A stretch of 64,000 nt of DNA from Alphaproteobacteria bacterium. Its GTDB lineage: Bacteria; Pseudomonadota; Alphaproteobacteria; SP197. Position 1 is the stretch's first letter. Each line of letters starts with the position of its first letter. Positions 50,244 through 59,911 of this stretch are shown here, piece after piece. The stretch spans positions 768,001 through 832,000 of the forward strand of contig OZ245842.1 in assembly GCA_965228895.1 (NCBI GenBank), given 5' to 3'. Made by a program: the position numbers and the translations under genes. Under the pieces are notes generated by a model, which was given only the letters and a program-made list of their open reading frames with translations, did not search any database and had not been told where the DNA came from.

Positions 50244-50358
50244 GGATCCTCGTCGCGTCCGTGTCGATATCTGTCGAATGCATCAGGATGGCCCAGGCGA
50301 CGCGCTGGGTCGAGCCTGCGCGCCGGCTTTAGGGCTGGATGGGTAGGTCCTTTGGGCC

Positions 50359-50387
50359 TTGCACATTGGACCGACTGACGCCATATT
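50359..50387 (+). promoter_or_regulatory. Putative sigma70 promoter for the asd leader
   Basis: TTGCAC-N17-CATATT, about 40 nt upstream of the leader start codon. Confidence 0.5.
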
Positions 50388-50429
50388 CCGCGCAGCTGAC
50401 AAGCGATTCGAGTGAGTTTGGATTCCGTG

Positions 50430-50528
50430 ATGAACGTTCGTTTCACCTTACCGGTCGATCTGGCCGCCGCCCTTGGCGGTGCCGCCATGACCAAAACCAC
50501 GACCAAAACCCCGGTAGTGAGGCGCTGA
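50430..50528 (+). CDS. Putative asd leader peptide (32 aa; MNVRFTLPVDLAAALGGAAMTKTTTKTPVVRR)
   Basis: Run ATG ACC AAA ACC ACG ACC AAA ACC at 50487..50510, with the stop 4 nt before the antiterminator arm. The in-frame ATG 50487 is an alternative start giving 13 aa. Confidence 0.75.
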   Translation: MNVRFTLPVDLAAALGGAAMTKTTTKTPVVRR

Positions 50529-50562
50529 CCACCGGCCCGGTCAGCGTGCCATAAGATGAACC

Positions 50563-50586
50563 AAGGGGCCGGAAGGCCCCTTTTTT
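50563..50586 (+). terminator. Rho-independent terminator of the asd leader (attenuator)
   Basis: AAGGGGCC-GGAA-GGCCCC-TTTTTT: GNRA-loop hairpin plus U-tract, about 58 nt upstream of the asd start. Confidence 0.85.
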
Positions 50587-50644
50587 GTTGCTTTGATTGT
50601 AGGATAACCGCCCAGGCTGGCTCGGGCGGCGAAAGGAGAGGGTG

Positions 50645-51682
50645 ATGGGTTACAAAATGGCAGTTGCTGGCGCCACGGGCGCGGTCGGCAACGAAATGCT
50701 GCAGATCCTCGCCGAGCGGAACTTCCCGGTCGACGACATGGTGGCACTCGCCTCGTCCAACTCGGTTGGACGCGAAGTGTCGTTTGGCGAAGACCACACG
50801 CTGAAGGTCCAGGACCTCGCCACCTTCGACTTCAAGGGCACCGAGTTGGCGCTCTTCTCGCCGGGCGCGAAGGTATCCGACGAGCACGCGCCGCGCGCCG
50901 CTGCTGCCGATTGCATCGTCATCGATAACACGTCGCGTTTTCGTTACGACGAGGATATCCCGCTCGTCGTGCCGGAAGTGAACGCCGAGGCGCTGGCCGG
51001 GTACGAGAACCGTTACATCATCTCCAACCCCAACTGCTCGACGATCCAGATGCTGGTGGCGCTCAAGCCGCTGCACGATCTGGCGACCGTCAAGCGCGTC
51101 GTCGTCGCGACCTACCAGTCGGTCGGTGGTGCCGGCAAGAAGGGCATGGACGAGCTCTACCTGCAGACCAAGAACAAGTTCTGGAACGAGACGTCGGAGC
51201 CCGACGCTTTCCAGAAGGAGATTGCGTTCAACTGCATTCCCCAGATCGACATCTTCATGGATGACGGTTCGACCAAGGAAGAATGGAAGATGGTGGTCGA
51301 GACGCAGAAGATCCTGGATCCAGCGATCAAGGTGCAGGCCACCTGCGTGCGCGTGCCTGTCTTTGTCGGCCACGCCGAGGCTGTGAACGTGGAGCTTGCT
51401 TCACCGCTGTCGGCCGACGATGCGCGTGAACAGCTCCGGGAATCCGACGGCATCGTGGTCTTGGACGAACGGGTGCCCGGCGGTTACATCACCCCGAAGG
51501 AATGCGCCGGCGAGGACGCGGTCTATGTCAGCCGTATCCGCAACGACCCGACGATCGAGAACGGGCTCTCGATGTGGGTCGTCTCGGATAATCTGCGCAA
51601 GGGCGCCGCACTTAACGCCGTGCAGATTGCCGAAGAGATGGACCGCCGGTTCCTGAAGGGCGCGTTGCCGAAGGCCAGTTGA
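50645..51682 (+). CDS. asd: Aspartate-semialdehyde dehydrogenase
   Basis: GATGAVG, NPNCSTIQ, CVRVPVFVGH and DNLRKGAALNAVQI motifs; AGGAGAG SD. Confidence 0.97.
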   Translation: MGYKMAVAGATGAVGNEMLQILAERNFPVDDMVALASSNSVGREVSFGEDHTLKVQDLATFDFKGTELALFSPGAKVSDEHAPRAAAADCIVIDNTSRFRYDEDIPLVVPEVNAEALAGYENRYIISNPNCSTIQMLVALKPLHDLATVKRVVVATYQSVGGAGKKGMDELYLQTKNKFWNETSEPDAFQKEIAFNCIPQIDIFMDDGSTKEEWKMVVETQKILDPAIKVQATCVRVPVFVGHAEAVNVELASPLSADDAREQLRESDGIVVLDERVPGGYITPKECAGEDAVYVSRIRNDPTIENGLSMWVVSDNLRKGAALNAVQIAEEMDRRFLKGALPKAS

Positions 51683-51718
51683 CGACGTCGGCTGCGGACG
51701 GTTGAACGGGTGGGCGCC

Positions 51719-52120
51719 TTAGAAAGCGCCCTTCCATTGCTCCGTGTCGACGAACCAGCGCTCCTCAAAGACCTTGCCGTTGCTGAGCTTGAACAACACC
51801 GCGAGCTGGCTGCCTTCCGGCACCTTCTCGCTTGTCCATTCGATGATGGAGACAACTTCGTCGCTGTCGCCAATCTGACGGATTGAGGAAAACGCGAACC
51901 CGGGCGGCAAGGCGGCACCGATGTTCTCGAGCGCACTGCGAAACCCTGCTTTGCCTTCGATCACATCGTTTTGGCCGGGTATGACAAAAATCATGTCGTC
52001 GGTGTAGTCGGCGATCAGCGTGTCCCAATCGCCTCGTAGAACTGCTTCCCATCCCCGCTTCACGATGTCTGCATCACTTGCCCCGTGATCAACGGAATGC
52101 GACGGTTGTGCGTTGGACAT
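51719..52120 (-). CDS. SnoaL/NTF2-like protein
   Basis: GDWDTLIADYTDD...GKVFEERWFVDT; AGGAG SD. Confidence 0.75.
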   Translation of the reverse strand: MSNAQPSHSVDHGASDADIVKRGWEAVLRGDWDTLIADYTDDMIFVIPGQNDVIEGKAGFRSALENIGAALPPGFAFSSIRQIGDSDEVVSIIEWTSEKVPEGSQLAVLFKLSNGKVFEERWFVDTEQWKGAF

Positions 52121-52291
52121 TTCCTGGCTCCTATCGTTACGACCGATGTGTCAGCGTAGTTCGGCGGTTGGCAGTCGGATATCCGGCCGATGATGTATTT
52201 TGGCTCCATCAAATGCAGTATTCTGCCTACGGCGTCTGCGCTGAATGCGGATCGATGAGCTGGCAGGTCCGACAGAAATCGGGGAGGAAAC

Positions 52292-53728
52292 TTGGAAAAT
52301 CCCACGCCTCCGTATGAGCGGCTAAGCCGCAGGGAGAAGGAGATTGCGACCGCATTCTCTGGCGGGGAGAACCATCACCAGATTGCCGAACGGCTTTGCA
52401 TCGCGCCTTCCACGGTTCGCACGCATCTGGCGTCGATCTACCGAAAGCTTGAGGTCTCGTCGAAGCTGGAGCTTCACAAATCGCTTGAAGGTGGCGGTTC
52501 GAAACGAGTCGGGTCGGATACCGCACTTCCGGTTATCTCGGACAGACCTTCGATTGCCGTTTTGCCGTTCGCCAGCATGTCAGACGATCCCGATCAGGGA
52601 TACTTTGCCGAGGGAATCGCAGAAGACATCATCACCGCGCTGTCGAGGATCAAGTGGTTCTTCGTGACCGCGAAGCTCTCAAGCTTTTCCTACGAGGGCC
52701 GTGCCGTCGACGTGAAGCAAATCGGAAGCGAGCTCGGCGTGCGCTACATCTTGGAGGGTAGCGTTCGCAAATCCGGTCTTCGCGTCCGTGTTACCGCCCA
52801 ACTGGTCGACTCATCGAACGGTGAGCATGTCTGGGCGGAACGGTATGATCGCGAAATCAGCGACATTTTTGACATCCAAGACGAGATAACCCGCAATGTC
52901 GTCGCAAGCACGCAAACCCAAGTTGCGTTAGCCGAAGCGTCCCTGTTCGCAGACTTGGAGAAACCGTCCTTGCCCGTCTGGGCGCTGGTCAATCGATCTT
53001 GGAAGCTCATGTACGACATGACCGCTGACTCCTTGCTGGAAGGTCGGCGTTTGGCTGAAGAAGCCATTGCCATGGATCCAGGCAGTGGCCGCGCCCATCA
53101 GGTTTTGGCAGCCCACTTCTGGCACTGGTATTGGATGGGTTTTGCCGACGACCGAAGAAAGACCCTTGATGAAGGCAGGAAAGCGGCAGAGCGGGCCATT
53201 CGCCTCAACGAGTATGACGAGTATTCCCATTGGCTGCTCGGTCTGCATCAGATGACCGATCATAACTTCGATATGGCGGTGGCGGAGCTAAAGCGCGCTA
53301 TTGAGATCAACTCCAACTGCTCATTGGCCTATGGCAGCCTTGCCACGGTTCTTAACTTTGCGGGGCAACCAGAAGAGGCGATCACCAACAATTTGATTGC
53401 GGTTCGTTCCAATCCTCGCGATCCGAGCATTTTCTATCGGCATACCGGACTGGCGTTGTCGCACTTCTTGCTGAACGACTATGAGGCGGCGATCGGATGG
53501 GCTCGACAGTCGGTTCTATTCAAGCCGGACTGGTTCCAGGGGCATGTCGTACTGATTGCGGCACTCGTTGAATCCAACCAGATCGGGGCCGCTAAGATAG
53601 CCTTTAGCGATTACTTGAGACATTTCCCCAAAGCATCGCGCGACGAGGTCTTGGGCCTGCCTTTTAAAGACCCCGAACCCGGTCTGCGGTTGGTCAAGTC
53701 TCTGGAAAAGGCGGGCTTGCAAGGGTAA
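52292..53728 (+). CDS. LuxR-type HTH + TolB-like (adenylate-cyclase-associated) + TPR regulator
   Basis: LSRREKEI...IAPSTVRTHLASIYRKL, PSIAVLPF, YILEGSVRK, WAERYD, followed by TPRs; TTG start with GGGGAGGA SD. Confidence 0.85.
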   Translation: MENPTPPYERLSRREKEIATAFSGGENHHQIAERLCIAPSTVRTHLASIYRKLEVSSKLELHKSLEGGGSKRVGSDTALPVISDRPSIAVLPFASMSDDPDQGYFAEGIAEDIITALSRIKWFFVTAKLSSFSYEGRAVDVKQIGSELGVRYILEGSVRKSGLRVRVTAQLVDSSNGEHVWAERYDREISDIFDIQDEITRNVVASTQTQVALAEASLFADLEKPSLPVWALVNRSWKLMYDMTADSLLEGRRLAEEAIAMDPGSGRAHQVLAAHFWHWYWMGFADDRRKTLDEGRKAAERAIRLNEYDEYSHWLLGLHQMTDHNFDMAVAELKRAIEINSNCSLAYGSLATVLNFAGQPEEAITNNLIAVRSNPRDPSIFYRHTGLALSHFLLNDYEAAIGWARQSVLFKPDWFQGHVVLIAALVESNQIGAAKIAFSDYLRHFPKASRDEVLGLPFKDPEPGLRLVKSLEKAGLQG

Positions 53729-53802
53729 TCCTCAATTCGGCCGGGGATCACCTGCTTCTTCAACACGGTCAGGTTCGCAGAAATCTAAGTATGGCGACGG
53801 CC

Positions 53803-54252
53803 TTATGCGTTCACGTCCCCTTGCCACTGAGCCAGCTCGACCGTGACGCCTCCGGGGCCATCCAGGAAGACGAGTTTGCGGTCGTGGTAGTTCAGGATGT
53901 CGCCACGGGTCTTGAAGCCGTTGGCGCGGATCTTCTCGACCAGCGCGTCGACATCGTCGACGGCGTAGCAGACGTGGTTGTAGCCGAGCTTGGCGAGATT
54001 GCGGATTTCCGGATCGACTACCGCATCGGGGTGCTGGTAGTGGACGAGCTGCACATCGAAACGCGGCGATGACCCCGGCATAAGCATAGTGACGTGGTTG
54101 GCCTCGATGCCGTCGACGCCCATGTAATCGGCGAACGTCTTGCCTTTGATGACGGAGTTGTGCTCGACCTCGAAACCGAGAACGCTGAAGAACGCCTTGG
54201 CGCGGTCCAGATCGTTCACCACGATCGAGACGTGGTCCATGCTGCGGATCAT
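53803..54252 (-). CDS. VOC/glyoxalase family protein
   Basis: MDHVSIVV, NHVCYAVDD and GPGGVTVELAQ motifs. Confidence 0.85.
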   Translation of the reverse strand: MIRSMDHVSIVVNDLDRAKAFFSVLGFEVEHNSVIKGKTFADYMGVDGIEANHVTMLMPGSSPRFDVQLVHYQHPDAVVDPEIRNLAKLGYNHVCYAVDDVDALVEKIRANGFKTRGDILNYHDRKLVFLDGPGGVTVELAQWQGDVNA

Positions 54253-54317
54253 CACGTGCTCCCTATCGTCGGCTGGGGTCATGAGAATAGTGCCGCGGGT
54301 CCTTCACGGCAACGCGC

Positions 54318-55163
54318 TCAAGCCATGGCGGTGACGGGTACGCGGGCCGATGGCGAGACGATTTCGTTGCGGGCGGCGACCAAGGCAATCTCCGGCAGGC
54401 CGAGCTCAACGGTCTTGCGCAACACGCCGTGGGTCGATGCCAGCGCGTGGGCCAGGCAATCTTCGGTCGGTTCGCCGTTGAGCGCCGCAGCTGTATAGAT
54501 TGCGGCGAACAGATCGCCGGCGCCATCAACCGGCACGTCCAGGCGGGCGACTTCGGCCTGCCAGGCGCCCCTGCCGTCGACCACGACCACGGGGATCGTA
54601 TCGGGGAAGTCGGCGCGTGCCTCAAGCGAGGTGACGATGACGGCTTCGGGGCCCATCGCGCGAATCTCCTGGGCGGCCTCACGAGCCTCGGCGATGGTGC
54701 CAATCGGCCGTCCGACCAGAAATTCGAGCTCCATGTGATTGGGATACAGGATATCGGCGCGCGGCACGATGTGGTCGCGCAGGTATTCCGGCACCTTCGG
54801 CGCGACAAAAAAGCCGTCCTCGTTGCCCATGACGGGGTCGCAGGCATAGATCGCCTTGGGATTTTGCGCCCGTAGCGTGTCGAGTGCGTGCAGCACCACT
54901 TTGCCCAGTTCCGGACCGCCGATAAAGCCGGTCAGAAGCGCCCCGCAGTCGCTCAGGCCGCGCTCGGCGACGCCGTCGACCAGATCGTGAACCCAGTTGT
55001 GGTCCAGCGGCTTACCTTTGAACGTATCCCATCCCAGGTGGTTCGAAAACACGACGGTTGGCACCGCGTCGACCTCGAAACCAAGGAGCTGGAGAGGTAA
55101 GACGGCGGCATTGAGACCGACATGCCCCCGGGCCACCAGGGACTGGATTGTGAGAACGTCCAT
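54318..55163 (-). CDS. pdxY: Pyridoxal kinase PdxY
   Basis: IQSLVARGHVGLNAA, TVVFSNH, CDPVMG and GAGDLF motifs. Confidence 0.88.
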   Translation of the reverse strand: MDVLTIQSLVARGHVGLNAAVLPLQLLGFEVDAVPTVVFSNHLGWDTFKGKPLDHNWVHDLVDGVAERGLSDCGALLTGFIGGPELGKVVLHALDTLRAQNPKAIYACDPVMGNEDGFFVAPKVPEYLRDHIVPRADILYPNHMELEFLVGRPIGTIAEAREAAQEIRAMGPEAVIVTSLEARADFPDTIPVVVVDGRGAWQAEVARLDVPVDGAGDLFAAIYTAAALNGEPTEDCLAHALASTHGVLRKTVELGLPEIALVAARNEIVSPSARVPVTAMA

Positions 55164-55241
55164 GAATTTGCAATGCCCGGGCGGTTGTCCGGAGAAGACC
55201 CATCACTATAGTAGCGCGCGGTTCAGTTCAGGAGGCAAGAC

Positions 55242-56126
55242 ATGCCGCGTACAGTAAGACCGCGTCGAAGCGTACTCTACATGCCGGGATCTAATCCCCG
55301 CGCGCTCGAAAAGGCAAGAGATCTCGCTGCCGACACGCTGATTTTGGACCTGGAGGATGCTGTCGCTCCCGACGCCAAGGAGAAAGCGCGCGTCCTCGTC
55401 TGTAGCGCGCTGACCGAAGGCGGGTTCGGCAAGCGCGAGCTGGTGGTGCGGATCAACGGTCTGGCGACGCCCTGGGGTCGCGACGACATCATCGCGGTGT
55501 CGCGCTGCCGTCCCCATGCGCTGTTGCTGCCAAAGGTCGAGGGCGCCGGGTACATCCGCGAGGTCCTGTCGATCATGGACGTCGCCGGTGCTCCGCCAGA
55601 GACCGCCATCTGGTGCATGATGGAGACGCCGCTGGGCATCTTGCACGCCGAGCGTATCGCTTCGGCCAGCCCGCGTATCGGAAGCTTCGTCATGGGCACG
55701 TCCGATCTGACGAAGGACCTGCAGGCCCAGCACACCCGCAGCCGTGTGCCGATGCTGACGGGCTTGAGCCTGTGTCTGCTGGCCGCGCGCGCCTTCGACA
55801 TCAGCATTATCGACGGCGTTCATCTGGCGCTCGATGACATGGAGAGTTTCGAAGCCGCGTGCGAGCAGGGCCACGAGATGGGCTTCGACGGCAAGACCTT
55901 GATTCACCCCAAGCAGATCGATATCGCCAATCGCGTGTTCGGTCCCAGCGACGAAGAAGTTGCCTGGGCGCAGCGCATTATCGAGGCCCACGAAGAGGCC
56001 TCGGAGACCGGCAAGGGTGTTGTCGTGCTTGATGGCAGACTGATCGAGAACCTGCATGTTCAGGATGCGCAACGCACCATCGCGTTGGCGAAGGCGATTG
56101 CCGAGCGGGAGGCTCCCGCCGCATGA
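55242..56126 (+). CDS. CitE-family CoA ester lyase / (3S)-malyl-CoA thioesterase (Mcl2-like)
   Basis: RRSVLYMPGS..RALEKA, DLEDAV, GFDGKTLIHP and IENLH motifs; adjacent to mch. Confidence 0.8.
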   Translation: MPRTVRPRRSVLYMPGSNPRALEKARDLAADTLILDLEDAVAPDAKEKARVLVCSALTEGGFGKRELVVRINGLATPWGRDDIIAVSRCRPHALLLPKVEGAGYIREVLSIMDVAGAPPETAIWCMMETPLGILHAERIASASPRIGSFVMGTSDLTKDLQAQHTRSRVPMLTGLSLCLLAARAFDISIIDGVHLALDDMESFEAACEQGHEMGFDGKTLIHPKQIDIANRVFGPSDEEVAWAQRIIEAHEEASETGKGVVVLDGRLIENLHVQDAQRTIALAKAIAEREAPAA

Positions 56127-57178
56127 GTTGGACGCCGGAAGGGAACTTTTTCGAGGATTTCGTGCCCGGCACCGTGCTGAAGCACGCCACGCCGCGCACG
56201 GTGACGACGGGCGACGTCGCGCTCTACACGGCGCTGACCGGGTCGCGTTTCGCGATCAACTCGGCCGATACCTTCGCCCAGCAACTGGGCCTTCTGGGCA
56301 GTCCGCTGGACGATATCCTCGTGTTCAACATCGTCTTCGGCAAGACGGTGCCGGATATCTCGCTCAATGCGATCGCCAATCTGGGTTATGCGTCAGGCCG
56401 TTTCGGCAAGCCGGTCTATCCCGGCGACACGCTGAAGACGGAAAGCCGCGTCATCGGCCGCCGCGAGCTCTCCAACGGCAAGGCGGGCATCGTGTGGGTG
56501 CGTTCGATCGGCACCAACCAGTTCAAGAAGAAGGTTCTGGACTATGTGCGATGGGTCATGGTCAACAAAAAGGACCCGGAGAGCCCCGCGCCTGAGTCCG
56601 AAGTGCCCGATCTGCCGCAGGCCGTCGGTGGGCAGGACCTCACCGTGCCCAAGGGGCTTGATCTGGCGGCTTACGATACGGTCGCCGCTGGCGACGATCG
56701 GCTATGGGACGATTTCAACGTTGGCGACCGCATCGACCACGTCGACGGCATGACCCTGGAGGAGGCCGAGCACCAGATGGCGACGCGGCTCTACCAGAAC
56801 ACCGCCAAAGTCCACTTCAACCAGCATCAGGCCCACGACACCCGCTTCGGTCGGCGCATCGTCTATGGCGGCCACGTGATCAGCCTGGCCCGCGCACTCA
56901 GCTTCAACGGTCTGGCGAACGCGTTTCGCGTTGCCGCCATCAATGGCGGGCGCCATGTCGCGCCGTTTTTCGCCGGTGACACGCTTTATGCCTGGTCCCA
57001 GGTGCTGGACAAGGCCGAGATCGAGGGCCGGCAGGACGTCGGTGCGCTCAGGATCCGTATGATTGGCGTCAAGGACCATTTAAGTGGTGATTATCCCGAT
57101 AAGGATGGCGATGACGAAGACCATCCCGGCGTTGTCCTGGATTTCGACATGTGGGTCCTGATGCCACGCGCCGTGTGA
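56123..57178 (+). CDS. mch: Mesaconyl-CoA hydratase (double MaoC)
   Basis: GNFFEDF, VFGKTVPDISLNAIANLGY, YVRWVMV and YQNTAKVHF motifs. Confidence 0.88.
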   Translation: MSWTPEGNFFEDFVPGTVLKHATPRTVTTGDVALYTALTGSRFAINSADTFAQQLGLLGSPLDDILVFNIVFGKTVPDISLNAIANLGYASGRFGKPVYPGDTLKTESRVIGRRELSNGKAGIVWVRSIGTNQFKKKVLDYVRWVMVNKKDPESPAPESEVPDLPQAVGGQDLTVPKGLDLAAYDTVAAGDDRLWDDFNVGDRIDHVDGMTLEEAEHQMATRLYQNTAKVHFNQHQAHDTRFGRRIVYGGHVISLARALSFNGLANAFRVAAINGGRHVAPFFAGDTLYAWSQVLDKAEIEGRQDVGALRIRMIGVKDHLSGDYPDKDGDDEDHPGVVLDFDMWVLMPRAV

Positions 57179-57202
57179 CCGGCTTTGGCCGCGCCTGGTT
57201 CG

Positions 57203-57231
57203 TTGACGCTTCCAGGGACCGGACCTAAAGT
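57203..57231 (+). promoter_or_regulatory. Putative sigma70 promoter of sdhCDAB
   Basis: TTGACG-N17-TAAAGT. Confidence 0.55.
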
Positions 57232-57305
57232 CGTAGCGTTATTTTGCAGTGCAGCATGACGAGAATCGCCGTCGGCTGTCGAAAAGGAATGTGAACGGAC
57301 GACCC

Positions 57306-57704
57306 ATGGCAGAAACACCTGAACGGCCGTTATCGCCGCATTTTCAGATCTACCGGCCGCAGATTACGTCGGTCTTGTCGATTACCCATCGAATCACGGG
57401 GCTGATTCTGTCCCTGGGCGCGCTGTTTCTGGTCATTTGGCTCGTGCTCGCGGCATCCGGTGAGGTCGCGTTCCGGGCCGGCCAGGCTATTGCGGGATCA
57501 TGGCTGGGTTACGCCTTCCTGATCCTGTTCTCCTTGTGTCTGTTTTATCATCTGTTGAACGGCATCCGGCATCTGTTCTGGGACATGGGCCACGGCTTTG
57601 AACTGCCGACCGTGACGCGCACCGGATGGGCCGTTGTCATCGGCACGTTTATCTTGACCGCCATCGCCTGGTTCTTCGGTCTGACCGCCATGGGGGCCTT
57701 GTGA
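57306..57704 (+). CDS. sdhC: Succinate dehydrogenase cytochrome b556 subunit
   Basis: RPLSPH, SITHRITG and HLLNGIRHLFWD motifs. Confidence 0.95.
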   Translation: MAETPERPLSPHFQIYRPQITSVLSITHRITGLILSLGALFLVIWLVLAASGEVAFRAGQAIAGSWLGYAFLILFSLCLFYHLLNGIRHLFWDMGHGFELPTVTRTGWAVVIGTFILTAIAWFFGLTAMGAL

Positions 57705-58066
57705 TGGATAGCCGTCATCTAAGACGTATGGGTTCGGCGAAGTCTGGTATGCGCCATTGGTGGTACCAGCGGCTGACCGCGATTGCGATGATCCCGTTGG
57801 TCATCTTCTTCGTCGGCCTGCTGCCTCAGTTGGCAGACGCCAGCTACAACGAATTCCGGGCCCTGGTCGGCTACCCGGTTGTCGCGGTGTTGTTCGCGCT
57901 GATCGTCGGTGTCGGCTTGTGGCACATGAAGCTGGGCGTCCAGGTGGTGATCGAGGACTACATTCATCACGAAGCCTGGAAGATGGCGCTTCAAATTTTG
58001 CTCACGCTCGGAACCGGCCTGTTGTTGGTTGCTGGCATCATGTCGATCGTTCTGATCGCCGTCTAA
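57704..58066 (+). CDS. sdhD: Succinate dehydrogenase hydrophobic anchor subunit
   Basis: HWWYQRLTA and HMKLGVQVVIEDY motifs; TGATG coupling with sdhC. Confidence 0.95.
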   Translation: MDSRHLRRMGSAKSGMRHWWYQRLTAIAMIPLVIFFVGLLPQLADASYNEFRALVGYPVVAVLFALIVGVGLWHMKLGVQVVIEDYIHHEAWKMALQILLTLGTGLLLVAGIMSIVLIAV

Positions 58067-58084
58067 GACAGGAAAGGTCTCAGC

Positions 58085-59884
58085 ATGGCGGAAGCCTCGC
58101 CCAGCTATACGATTGTCGACCATACCTATGACGTTATTGTCGTCGGCGCCGGCGGTGCCGGCTTGCGCGCGACATTGGGGCTTGCCGAGGCGGGTCTGCA
58201 CACCGCCTGCCTCACCAAGGTGTTCCCGACCCGCAGTCACACGGTTGCCGCGCAAGGCGGCATCTCGGCAGCGCTCGGCAACATGGGCCGCGACGACTGG
58301 CGGTTCCACATGTACGACACGGTCAAGGGCTCGGACTGGCTGGGCGACCAGGACGCGATCGAGTACATGTGCCGCGAGGCGCCTGCCGCCGTCATCGAGC
58401 TGGAGCACTATGGCGTCCCGTTCTCGCGCACGCCCGAAGGCAAGATTTACCAACGCGCCTTTGGCGGCATGACGACTGATTATGGCGAGGGCACCGCGCA
58501 ACGCACCTGCGCCGCTGCCGATCGCACCGGTCATGCCATCCTGCACACGCTTTACCAGCAATCGCTGCGTTATCAGGCCCAGTTCTTCCTGGAGTACTTC
58601 GCGCTCGATCTCATTATGGATGACGACGGCGCGTGCCGAGGCGTCATGGCCTGGTGCCTGGAAGACGGCACGCTGCACCGCTTCAATGCCGAACTGACTA
58701 TCCTGGCGACCGGCGGATACGGCCGCTGCTACTTCTCTTGCACCTCTGCCCATACCTGTACCGGCGACGGTGGCGGCATGGTGTTGCGCGCCGGCCTGCC
58801 GATCCAGGATCCGGAGTTCGTGCAGTTTCACCCGACCGGCATCTATGGCGCCGGCGTGCTGATCACCGAAGGCGTACGCGGCGAGGGCGGTTACCTCGTC
58901 AATTCCGAAGGCGAGCGTTTTATGGAACGCCACGCGCCGCATGCCAAAGACTTGGCGAGCCGCGATGTGGTCAGCCGTGCGATGACCATCGAGATTCGTG
59001 AGGGCCGCGGGGTCGGGGAGGAGAACGACCACGTGCTCCTGAAGCTCGATCACCTGGACCCGGCGATCATTCACCAGCGCCTGCCGGGCATCTCGGAAAG
59101 CGCGCGGGTCTTCTCCGGCGTCGATGTGACGAAGGAACCGATCCCGGTGCTGCCGACCGTGCATTACAACATGGGCGGCATCCCGACCAACTTCCACGGC
59201 GAGGTCTTGACCATTCGCGACGGCGATCCCAATGCCGTGGTGCCCGGCCTGATGGCGGCGGGCGAGGCGGCTTGCGTTTCCGTCCACGGCGCCAACCGGC
59301 TGGGGTCGAACTCGTTGCTTGACCTCGTTGTCTTCGGCCGTGCTACCGCCCAGCGTGCCGCCGAGCTGGTCGAGCCGCATGCCACCAAGCGCGAGCTGCC
59401 GGCTGATGCGGGCCAGGCGACACTCGACCGCTTTGACCGGATGCGCCACGCCAAGGGCGGCACGCCGACAGCGGCGATCCGCGATGCCATGCAGCGGACC
59501 ATGCAGAAAGATGCTGCCGTCTTCCGTACCCAGGAAACGCTTGAGCAGGGCGTGCAGAACATCGGCGAGGTCTATAACAGCTTCGACGACCTCCACGTCT
59601 CCGATCAGTCGATGATCTGGAACACCGATCTGATGGAGACCTGGGAACTCGACAACCTGTTGCGTCACGCAGTCATCACCATGAACTGCGCGGAGAACCG
59701 CAAGGAAAGCCGCGGCGCCCACGCGCGCGAGGACTTCCCCGACCGCGACGACGACAACTGGATGAAACACACGGTGGTGTGGCTCGGCGATGACGGCAAA
59801 CCGGTCATCGACTACCGCCCGGTCCACATGAACACGCTGACAAACGACGTGCAGAGTTTCCCGCCGAAGGCGCGGGTCTACTGA
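58085..59884 (+). CDS. sdhA: Succinate dehydrogenase flavoprotein subunit
   Basis: [16 protein letters not shown] and [11 protein letters not shown] motifs. Confidence 0.98.
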   Translation: MAEASPSYTIVDHTYDVIVVGAGGAGLRATLGLAEAGLHTACLTKVFPTRSHTVAAQGGISAALGNMGRDDWRFHMYDTVKGSDWLGDQDAIEYMCREAPAAVIELEHYGVPFSRTPEGKIYQRAFGGMTTDYGEGTAQRTCAAADRTGHAILHTLYQQSLRYQAQFFLEYFALDLIMDDDGACRGVMAWCLEDGTLHRFNAELTILATGGYGRCYFSCTSAHTCTGDGGGMVLRAGLPIQDPEFVQFHPTGIYGAGVLITEGVRGEGGYLVNSEGERFMERHAPHAKDLASRDVVSRAMTIEIREGRGVGEENDHVLLKLDHLDPAIIHQRLPGISESARVFSGVDVTKEPIPVLPTVHYNMGGIPTNFHGEVLTIRDGDPNAVVPGLMAAGEAACVSVHGANRLGSNSLLDLVVFGRATAQRAAELVEPHATKRELPADAGQATLDRFDRMRHAKGGTPTAAIRDAMQRTMQKDAAVFRTQETLEQGVQNIGEVYNSFDDLHVSDQSMIWNTDLMETWELDNLLRHAVITMNCAENRKESRGAHAREDFPDRDDDNWMKHTVVWLGDDGKPVIDYRPVHMNTLTNDVQSFPPKARVY

Positions 59885-59911
59885 GCGGCGGCGACACAGG
59901 AGACAGATCCC

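Noticed and set aside
50339-50554. 71-aa ORF-track call upstream of asd (HDQNHDQN frame)
   Set aside because: It starts upstream of the putative promoter. The alternative frame gives the Met/Thr/Lys run with correct attenuator spacing.
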